From positions 458,455 through 522,454 of the forward strand of contig OZ246403.1 of assembly GCA_965230925.1 (NCBI GenBank): a stretch of DNA of 64,000 bases, written 5' to 3'. Of this stretch, positions 57,599 through 64,000 are shown piece after piece. Source of the stretch: an uncultured Candidatus Saccharibacteria bacterium. Its GTDB lineage: Bacteria; Patescibacteriota; Minisyncoccia; Phycocordibacterales; JACOZG01. Made by a program: the position numbers and the translations under genes. Numbering within the stretch: the first letter of the stretch is position 1; every line of letters begins with the position of its first letter. Below the pieces are notes generated by a model. The model was not told where the DNA came from. It saw only the letters and a program-made list of their open reading frames with translations, and made no database searches.

Positions 57599-58123
57599 AT
57601 GAAAAAATATCTATTAGCCGCCCTCGGCTTATTTTTAGTAGCTGGTGTGGCTTCGGCCCAAACAGGGTCACTTTATTATTTGCTCCAACGTATTAGTAAT
57701 CTTGCTGGTCAGACGGCTAGGGTGTCTGAATCTGTTACTGCTGAGCCATTAGCACCGGACCTTACGTCCACTTTGGGGTCCTCTCAGATCAACACAGATA
57801 ATAATCTTGTTTCTACTAGTAATAGTAGCGTCAGTGGCCCCGTGAGTGGTTACCAGGTTGTTCTCAACGAAGTCGTTAATACTGGTAGTACGGTTAATGT
57901 TACTTGCCCAAGCGGCAAGACTGTTTTGGGTGGGGGGTGCAATCTTGGTAGTGCTGTCTATCCACCTGGATGGAATGGCCCTGCACATTTTTATTCTTTG
58001 GAGGATTCTTTTCCAATCTCTGCTGTCAGTGCGGGGGTGGGGATTTGGTCTTGTTCGTGGAATGGCCCGACCGACCTTCCCTACAGGAAACAGGCTATAG
58101 CTATTTGTGCGAACGTTCAGTAA
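57599..58123 (+). CDS. secreted cysteine-containing protein of unknown function, inserted between rplE and rpsN
   Basis: Signal peptide MKKYLLAALGLFLVAGVASAQ. Ser/Thr/Asn-rich mature region with 4 Cys (TCPSG, GGGCN, WSCSWNG, ICANVQ). 174 aa. Preceded by two palindromic TTAACTAGTTAA-type motifs. Confidence 0.6.
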   Translation: MKKYLLAALGLFLVAGVASAQTGSLYYLLQRISNLAGQTARVSESVTAEPLAPDLTSTLGSSQINTDNNLVSTSNSSVSGPVSGYQVVLNEVVNTGSTVNVTCPSGKTVLGGGCNLGSAVYPPGWNGPAHFYSLEDSFPISAVSAGVGIWSCSWNGPTDLPYRKQAIAICANVQ

Positions 58124-58180
58124 TTAAACCAAGGATTTGACTTGAAGGCGCCGCTTTGTTAGCATAGTGGCGCTTTCCTT

Positions 58181-58366
58181 ATGGCTAAAACTTCAGTCAT
58201 TGCGAGGGCCCAAAAGCCCCCGAAGTTTAGTACTCGCCTCGTGCGGCGTTGTTTTCGCTGCGGTCGGAAGCGGGCGTTTATGCGTGACTTTGAGTTGTGC
58301 CGCATTTGCTTCCGGGAATTAGCCAATGAGGGTAAAATCCCGGGAATTCGTAAATCTTCTTGGTAA
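58181..58366 (+). CDS. rpsN: 30S ribosomal protein S14 type Z (zinc-binding)
   Basis: 61 aa with [24 protein letters not shown] (CxxC...CxxC) typical of type-Z S14. Confidence 0.9.
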   Translation: MAKTSVIARAQKPPKFSTRLVRRCFRCGRKRAFMRDFELCRICFRELANEGKIPGIRKSSW

Positions 58367-58367
58367 T

Positions 58368-58760
58368 ATGTTATCCGATCCTATTGCTGACATGTTGATT
58401 CGGTTGAAGAACGGCGCCGCCGCTGGCCGTGGGGTAATAGAGGTGCCTCTTTCTAATCTCCGAGCCGAGATTGCCCGAGTGCTCCAAGAGGCTGGTTATG
58501 TAAAGTCGGTGAATAAGAAAGGGAAAAAAGGCCGTAAGTTCTTAGAACTCGAACTGACGAAGATTGGGAACAATTTTAAACTCCGTGGTGCCACTCGAGT
58601 TTCCAAGCCCTCGCGCCGGGTTTATCAAGGCTTCCGTGATCTTCGCTCGGTGAAGCAGGGGACTGGTTATGCCGTGCTCTCGACGCCTCAAGGAGTAATG
58701 ACCGGCATAGATGCTCGGAAAAAAGGTCTTGGCGGCGAGGTCTTATTTAAAATCTGGTAA
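58368..58760 (+). CDS. rpsH: 30S ribosomal protein S8
   Basis: MLSDPIADMLIRLKNGAAAGRGVIEVPLSNL is the S8 N-terminus. The ATG is 1 nt after the rpsN stop; the track ORF starts 14 codons earlier, inside rpsN. Confidence 0.9.
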   Translation: MLSDPIADMLIRLKNGAAAGRGVIEVPLSNLRAEIARVLQEAGYVKSVNKKGKKGRKFLELELTKIGNNFKLRGATRVSKPSRRVYQGFRDLRSVKQGTGYAVLSTPQGVMTGIDARKKGLGGEVLFKIW

Positions 58761-58762
58761 AC

Positions 58763-59305
58763 ATGTCACGCCTCGCCAAACAACCAATTACGCTTCCTCC
58801 CAAAGTTGAGCTCACTCAGGCGAGTGGCGCTGTTTCGGTGAAGGGTCCGCTTGGTACCCTTACTCGTACCTTTGGCCCTTTGGTCGAAATTAAGGTTGAA
58901 GATGGCGCGGTGAAGCTCGTGGCGAAGGGTAATCAAGAGACTTTGCCTACTCGCGCGCTCATTGGTACTTATTTTTCTCATATTCAAAACATGGTTGAGG
59001 GGGTGAGTCAGGGTTTTACCAAGAAGTTGATTCTTGAAGGGGTGGGTTACAAGGTGGCTGTGAGCGGTAACAAGCTTGCGATGAGTTTGGGTCTTTCTCA
59101 CCCAGTAGAGAGACCGATTCCAGAAGGTCTTAAAGTGACGGCAGATAAAAATTTGGTCACGATCATTGGGGCAGACAAAGAATTGGTTGGTCAATTTGCC
59201 GCCGATATTCGCGCGCTCAAGAAGCCAGAGCCGTATAAGGGAAAAGGGTTCCGATATGAAGACGAAAAGATTACCCGCAAGCAAGGTAAGAAAGTTGTTG
59301 CTTAA
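58763..59305 (+). CDS. rplF: 50S ribosomal protein L6
   Basis: MSRLAKQPITLPPKVELTQASGAVSVKGPLGTL and two L6 repeats. 180 aa. Confidence 0.9.
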   Translation: MSRLAKQPITLPPKVELTQASGAVSVKGPLGTLTRTFGPLVEIKVEDGAVKLVAKGNQETLPTRALIGTYFSHIQNMVEGVSQGFTKKLILEGVGYKVAVSGNKLAMSLGLSHPVERPIPEGLKVTADKNLVTIIGADKELVGQFAADIRALKKPEPYKGKGFRYEDEKITRKQGKKVVA

Positions 59306-59308
59306 ACC

Positions 59309-59689
59309 ATGAAAACCACTAATTCTAAAGTTGCTCGTCGTCTCAACCGTCACCGCAAGATCCGAATGAAGGTGGCTGGTACCGCCGTGCGACCACGCCT
59401 TGCCGTGTTTCGCTCGAGCAAGCACATTTATGCTCAGCTCATTGATGATAGTGTGGGTAAGACGCTTGCCGCCGCCAATGATGCCGAGATTAAGAAGCTC
59501 GCTAAGACGGAAGAAGTGAAGAAAATGCTCCCGAAGGTGGCCGATGCTTACCAGGTTGGCCAGCTCATTGCCACCAAGGCGATTAATCATAAAGTTCAGG
59601 GAATCGTTTTTGATCGTGGTGGTTACCTCTTTGCTGGTCGGGTGAAGGCGCTCGCCGAAGGAGCGCGAGCTGGCGGTTTAAACTTTTAA
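59309..59689 (+). CDS. rplR: 50S ribosomal protein L18
   Basis: RRLNRHRKIRMKVAGTAVRPRLAVFRSSKHIYAQLIDD matches L18. 126 aa. Confidence 0.9.
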   Translation: MKTTNSKVARRLNRHRKIRMKVAGTAVRPRLAVFRSSKHIYAQLIDDSVGKTLAAANDAEIKKLAKTEEVKKMLPKVADAYQVGQLIATKAINHKVQGIVFDRGGYLFAGRVKALAEGARAGGLNF

Positions 59690-59698
59690 ACAATAACT

Positions 59699-60190
59699 AT
59701 GTCACCATTTAATAACAACAGAGAACGGAAGGGTCATGGGCCACGCACGCCTCGTGAGAAGCCAGAATTTGATCAAAAGACGATTGGTATCCGTCGTGTT
59801 ACCCGTGTGGTGAAGGGTGGCCGACGCTTTAGCTTTGCTGCTACGGTGGCTATTGGTGATCGCCAGGGGCGGGTGGGGCTCGGGGTGGGGAAGGCTGCCG
59901 ATGTGGCTCTCTCGCTCGATAAGGCCGTGAAGGATGCGAAGAAAAATCTTTTGAAACTTAAATTGACTAAGGAGTCGAGTGTGCCCCATGAGCTCTCAGC
60001 CAAGTTTGCGAGCTCAAAGTTGTGGCTTAACCCGGCTCCTGGTCGTGGTCTCACGGCGGGGAGTTCTGCGCGCATTATCTTAGAGCTCGCGGGTGTGCGC
60101 AATGTGACGGCCAAGTTTTTCTCGAAGAGTAAAAACAAGTTAAATAATGCCCGGGTGACCATGGTGGCACTCAAGCAACTCGTCGCTTAA
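59699..60190 (+). CDS. rpsE: 30S ribosomal protein S5
   Basis: IGIRRVTRVVKGGRRFSFAATVAIGDRQGRVGLGVGKAADV is the S5 signature. 163 aa. Followed directly by L15, with no L30 gene. Confidence 0.9.
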   Translation: MSPFNNNRERKGHGPRTPREKPEFDQKTIGIRRVTRVVKGGRRFSFAATVAIGDRQGRVGLGVGKAADVALSLDKAVKDAKKNLLKLKLTKESSVPHELSAKFASSKLWLNPAPGRGLTAGSSARIILELAGVRNVTAKFFSKSKNKLNNARVTMVALKQLVA

Positions 60191-60199
60191 TTTCCAATC

Positions 60200-60634
60200 A
60201 TGCAATTACATAATCTCAAACGCCCTCGCACGCTCCAGTCTAAGAAGACCGTTGGTCGCGGTGGTAAGCGTGGTACTACTTCCGGTCGTGGAACCAAGGG
60301 GCAGAAGGCCCGCGCTGGACACCGAATGCGACCAGAACTCAGAGATACGATTAAGAAACTGCCTAAGAATCGCGGTTATACTTTCTTTGGGCCAATTAAC
60401 CAGAAGCCGCAAACAGTAACCTTGGGGGCGGTTAACGGTGCTTTTGCGGCTGGTGGTCTCGTGACTCCGCAAACACTTGCTAAGCTCGGCTTGGTGCGCC
60501 GGGCGAAAGGAATATTACTTGCCGTGAAGGTTCTTGGTGGAGGAGTTGTGGACCGAGCGCTTACCTTTGAGCGGGTCACCGTGGCCGCTTCCGCTCGTGC
60601 TAAAATTGAGACCGCAGGAGGAAAGATTAAATGA
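60200..60634 (+). CDS. rplO: 50S ribosomal protein L15
   Basis: LHNLKRPRTLQSKKTVGRGGKRGTTSGRGTKGQKARAG matches L15. 144 aa. Confidence 0.9.
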   Translation: MQLHNLKRPRTLQSKKTVGRGGKRGTTSGRGTKGQKARAGHRMRPELRDTIKKLPKNRGYTFFGPINQKPQTVTLGAVNGAFAAGGLVTPQTLAKLGLVRRAKGILLAVKVLGGGVVDRALTFERVTVAASARAKIETAGGKIK

Positions 60635-61902
60635 ATAAATTTTTCGCGAAGTTAAAAATTATTTTCTCTGACCGACGTCTTCGTCGTCAGCTAATTTTTG
60701 TCCTTGGGGTGTTGGTCTTGTTTCGCCTCGGCGCTTCAGTGCCAATTCCGGGAGTTAACCTTGAGGTTCTTGAGCGTTTTCTCTCGGGTAATCAATTTTT
60801 CGGTCTTCTTAACCTCTTTTCTGGTGGTGGTCTTTCCAACCTTTCCATCATGATGCTTGGGGTGGGGCCGTTTATCACCGCTTCCATTATTCTTCAGTTG
60901 CTCACAATCATGATTCCTTCTCTGAAGGAGATCTATCATGAAGCGGGTGAGGCTGGCCGACGGAAATTTGCCCAATATGCGCGTCTTCTCACCGTACCTT
61001 TGGCCGTGCTCCAGAGCTTTAGCCTTATTGTTCTCCTTGAGCGTCAGGGTGTACTTTTGCCGCTTTCTCTCGCTGATCGCTTAACCAGCGTGATTGTGAT
61101 CACGGCTGGCTCTGTTTTACTTATGTGGCTCGGTGAACTCATTAATGAATATGGCATCGGTAACGGAACTTCTTTGATTATCTTTGCTGGTATTTTGGCG
61201 GGAATTCCGAGCACAATTAGTCAGACTGTTGTGAACTTTGATCCTGCTCAATTGCCGGTTTATCTTGGTTTCTTGGGCGTCGCCGTGCTCACTGTGGCTG
61301 GTGTGGTGCTGGTGACTGAAGCCGAGCGGCCGATTCCTATTACTTATGCCAAGCAGGTTAGAGGAAACAAAGTCTATGGTGGCATGTCGACCTATTTACC
61401 GATTCGCCTCAATCAGTCAGGCGTGATGCCGATTATTTTTGCCTTATCGCTCCTTCTTTTCCCGCAAATGATTTTCCAATTCTTATCGAGTGTAAACAAT
61501 GATGTGGTGCGCGCCGTTTCTGATTTGTTTCTTGATCTGCTCAATAATCAATGGGTATACGGCATCTTTTACTTTGTTCTCATTTTCCTTTTCACTTATT
61601 TTTATTCAGCAATTACTTTCGATCCCCAGTCTATTGCTGATAACTTACAGAAAAGTGGTGCCTTCGTGCCTGGGACGCGCCCCGGAACTCCGACCCGTGA
61701 TTATCTCAACCGGGTGGTAAATCGCCTGACTTTGGTTGGCGCCCTCTTTTTGGGTGTGATTGCGATACTCCCTCTAATAATGCAAGCCGCAACCGGACTT
61801 GCTTCGCTTGCCATTGGCGGTACTGGCCTCCTTATTGTGGTTTCGGTGGCTATTGACCTGGTGAAGCAGGTTGATGCTCAAGTCTCGATGCGGGAGTACT
61901 AG
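60631..61902 (+). CDS. secY: preprotein translocase subunit SecY
   Basis: Ten-transmembrane-helix pattern with the conserved RIIFVLGVLVLFRLGASVPIPGVN N-terminus. 423 aa. Confidence 0.9.
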   Translation: MNKFFAKLKIIFSDRRLRRQLIFVLGVLVLFRLGASVPIPGVNLEVLERFLSGNQFFGLLNLFSGGGLSNLSIMMLGVGPFITASIILQLLTIMIPSLKEIYHEAGEAGRRKFAQYARLLTVPLAVLQSFSLIVLLERQGVLLPLSLADRLTSVIVITAGSVLLMWLGELINEYGIGNGTSLIIFAGILAGIPSTISQTVVNFDPAQLPVYLGFLGVAVLTVAGVVLVTEAERPIPITYAKQVRGNKVYGGMSTYLPIRLNQSGVMPIIFALSLLLFPQMIFQFLSSVNNDVVRAVSDLFLDLLNNQWVYGIFYFVLIFLFTYFYSAITFDPQSIADNLQKSGAFVPGTRPGTPTRDYLNRVVNRLTLVGALFLGVIAILPLIMQAATGLASLAIGGTGLLIVVSVAIDLVKQVDAQVSMREY

Positions 61903-61926
61903 GGGCGTGATATACTAGTTCCCGTT

Positions 61927-62130
61927 ATGGCTCAAATCGTTTTTAACTCCGATGGGGAGTATTCTCGAGGTTCCGGTTCTCGTAATTTTAGTCGCGGAGG
62001 TATGGCCGGTTGGTTGAAACGAGTTTCGGGCGGAATTATTCCTACCGAGCAAGCTGCTAATTGGGTTTTGTTTTTTATTGCCGTAGTTATTTTTGCTATT
62101 GCCGCTTTGATTCTTTTCCGTAGTCTTTAG
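61927..62130 (+). CDS. small membrane protein, hypothetical
   Basis: 67 aa. Gly/Ser/Arg-rich N-terminus and a C-terminal transmembrane helix (NWVLFFIAVVIFAIAALILF). Lies between secY and adk. Confidence 0.35.
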   Translation: MAQIVFNSDGEYSRGSGSRNFSRGGMAGWLKRVSGGIIPTEQAANWVLFFIAVVIFAIAALILFRSL

Positions 62131-62132
62131 GT

Positions 62133-62738
62133 ATGATCACTGATCCTCAAGCAATCATTTTTATGGGTCGTTCGGCCGCGGGTAAGGGAACCCAGGCCTC
62201 GCTTTTGATTGATCATTTTAAAAAAGAAAACCCGGCAACACCTGAACCGGTGTTTTATATTGAAACAGGAGCGCGATTTCGTGACTATATTACCCAGGAT
62301 AATTATTCAAGCGGTCGTTCGAAAATGCTTTACACTGCCGGTGATTTGCAGCCGGCTTTTATTGTGACTTGGCTTTGGACGGAGTTAATTGTGAAGAATT
62401 ATCACGGCGATCAGCACTGGGTGGTAGATGGTACGCCGCGATCATTGGCAGAAGCTTTTACCTTTGATTCCGCCCTTCGTTTCTACGGCTTCAAGCAACC
62501 CACCATTATTTTGCTCGATATTCATAATGATGTCGCTCATGATCGTTTAAACAAGCGCGGTCGGGCTGATGATCTTGACCATCATGGCAATGAAAAGCGC
62601 TTGGCCTGGTTTGAGTCTACTGTAATGCCGGCGGTTGAATACTTCCGCAGTAAGCCCGACTACTACCGTTTTATTACGGTTGATGGTGCGGCGGGGATCG
62701 AAGAAATTCATCGGCAAGTGGTGGCAGCCTTATCATAA
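62133..62738 (+). CDS. adk: adenylate kinase-like nucleoside monophosphate kinase (divergent)
   Basis: P-loop IIFMGRSAAGKGTQ. DGTPRSLAEA (compare DGFPRT..QA). Sits at the conserved post-secY position. 201 aa. Confidence 0.7.
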   Translation: MITDPQAIIFMGRSAAGKGTQASLLIDHFKKENPATPEPVFYIETGARFRDYITQDNYSSGRSKMLYTAGDLQPAFIVTWLWTELIVKNYHGDQHWVVDGTPRSLAEAFTFDSALRFYGFKQPTIILLDIHNDVAHDRLNKRGRADDLDHHGNEKRLAWFESTVMPAVEYFRSKPDYYRFITVDGAAGIEEIHRQVVAALS

Positions 62739-63497
62739 ATGACGAAAACTGCTGAAGAAATTGTTCTCCTGCGCGAAGGTGGCAGGCGTTTAGCCGAGAT
62801 TTTGAAGACCTTGGCGCTTATGGTTGCTCCGGGAGTGACGACCAATGCTCTTGATGAACGAGCCCGTGAACTTATTGCCGAGAGTGGTGATGAGCCCGCT
62901 TTTCTTGATTATCAGAGCGAAGGGATGAAGCGACCTTATCCGGCGGCGCTTTGTGTTTCTATCAACGATGAGGTGGTGCACGGTGTACCGAGTGAACGGG
63001 CTTTGGTAGAAGGAGACATTATTACTCTTGACCTTGGTTTGTGTCACAAGGGTCTTTATACCGATTCGGCTATCACTGTGCCAGTGGGAGAGATTTCGGA
63101 AGAAGCGAAGCGGCTTATTGAAACGACGCGAGAGTCACTAATGGCAGGAATTAAAGCCATTCACGCGGGAGCACGGTTGGGTGATATTGGCGCCGCCGTG
63201 GCGGCCGTGGCCAAGAGAGGTGATCTTGGTATTGTTCGCGAACTTGGCGGTCATGGTGTGGGATATGCGGTTCACGAAGGACCTTTAATTCCTAATTATG
63301 GGACCAAAGGGAGTGGACTAGCTCTTGAGGCGGGGATGGTGCTTGCCATTGAACCCATGCTTACTCTTGGCGAAGGGCGGGTGAAGCTCGGTAAAGATGG
63401 TTTTACTTATTTAACGCGCGATGGGAGCCTGGCGGCCCATTTTGAGCACACCATTGTGGTAACCGACCGGGGGGCTGAAATTTTAACTACAGTCTGA
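62739..63497 (+). CDS. map: methionine aminopeptidase type I
   Basis: Pita-bread metal-ligand pattern (D..D, H, E, E; HGVGYAVHEGP, VLAIEPML). 252 aa. Confidence 0.85.
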   Translation: MTKTAEEIVLLREGGRRLAEILKTLALMVAPGVTTNALDERARELIAESGDEPAFLDYQSEGMKRPYPAALCVSINDEVVHGVPSERALVEGDIITLDLGLCHKGLYTDSAITVPVGEISEEAKRLIETTRESLMAGIKAIHAGARLGDIGAAVAAVAKRGDLGIVRELGGHGVGYAVHEGPLIPNYGTKGSGLALEAGMVLAIEPMLTLGEGRVKLGKDGFTYLTRDGSLAAHFEHTIVVTDRGAEILTTV

Positions 63498-63510
63498 TAG
63501 GATACTCGCC

Positions 63511-64000
63511 ATGACTCATCCAAAAGAAGAAAAGACCTTTTTAATGATTAAGCCGGACGGTGTTCGGAAGGGTTTAATTGGCGAGATTATTAGACGTTTA
63601 GAACAGCGTGACCTTAAGGTTGTAGCTCTTGAGATGTTCCAAGCAACCAAAGCCCAAGTAGACGGTCATTACCCAAAAGACGAAAAATGGATTCGCCGCT
63701 TGGGTGAGAAAACTCTCGCGACCTATGAGAAATATGGCTATGATCCTAAAAAGGAAATGGGCACAACCGATATGTTGAAAATTGGTAAAAGCGTGCGTGG
63801 TTGGCTCATTGACTACATGGTTAGCGCGCCTTTGGTGCGGATGGTTATCCAGGGTACTCATGCGGTGGCGATGGTGCGGAAAATTGTGGGTCCGACCATT
63901 CCGTCACTCGCGGAAATGGGGACAATTCGGGGTGATTTTTCGGCTGATTCACCGGCCCTTGCTAATAAAGAGAAGCGAGCGGTGGCGAATCTGGTTCATG
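63511..64000 (+). CDS. ndk: nucleoside diphosphate kinase (partial; continues beyond the window end)
   Basis: TFLMIKPDGVRKGLIGEIIRRLEQRDLKVVALEM is the NDK N-terminal signature. The ORF is open to the window end. Confidence 0.8.
   Translation, partial: MTHPKEEKTFLMIKPDGVRKGLIGEIIRRLEQRDLKVVALEMFQATKAQVDGHYPKDEKWIRRLGEKTLATYEKYGYDPKKEMGTTDMLKIGKSVRGWLIDYMVSAPLVRMVIQGTHAVAMVRKIVGPTIPSLAEMGTIRGDFSADSPALANKEKRAVANLVH

Noticed and set aside
58766-59590. 274-aa minus-strand ORF spanning rplF and rplR
   Set aside because: The plus strand encodes unmistakable L6 and L18 in conserved operon order. The long antisense ORF is a chance open frame in GC-skewed ribosomal genes.

Overview
This 64-kb window looks like a chromosomal segment from a small-genome, monoderm-type bacterium, most plausibly a Candidate Phyla Radiation / Patescibacteria (Parcubacteria-like) lineage. 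The translation-gene cluster in the right-hand third has a stripped-down gene order. The str operon (rpsL-rpsG-fusA, then tuf) leads into S10-spc operon genes with no L30 gene between S5 and L15, then secY-adk-map-ndk. That cluster is interrupted twice by foreign-looking genes: a minus-strand HExxH protein between fusA and tuf, and a secreted cysteine-containing protein between rplE and rpsN. The left and middle carry housekeeping genes (rpsO, xerC/D-like, cca, yraN, alr, hup, rny, clpP, tig, ppa, nusA, tpiA, pgk, recJ, rnhA, HIT) and six tRNAs. A 7.2-kb gene encoding a 2390-aa secreted multi-domain protein (PKD, Ig-like and LVIVD-like beta-propeller modules) is flanked by two tRNA-Pro genes, and a VKOR homolog sits just downstream. 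The most distinctive locus is 21.05-32.25 kb. It contains a small EILESL-repeat membrane protein and two paralogous secreted fibre proteins: one carries a phage tail-fibre C-terminal intramolecular-chaperone (peptidase S74-like) domain, the other carries YadA-head/Hep_Hag-like repeats. The two fibre genes are separated by a heptad-repeat coiled-coil gene and a degraded copy of a fibre-gene 5' end. Directly downstream are pilB-pilC and three prepilin-like genes of a type IV pilus. Other notable features: ComEC is split into two genes around an unrelated secreted-protein gene; an ELWxxDGT-repeat protein shares modules with the 2390-aa protein; a 19-bp duplication of the tRNA-Gly 3' end brackets a 74-bp GC-rich insert; and several genes have TGnTATAAT-type -10 elements 6-8 nt upstream of the ATG, suggesting leaderless mRNAs. 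All calls rest on reading the sequence and the ORF translations and on recognisable family motifs. No database searches were run.
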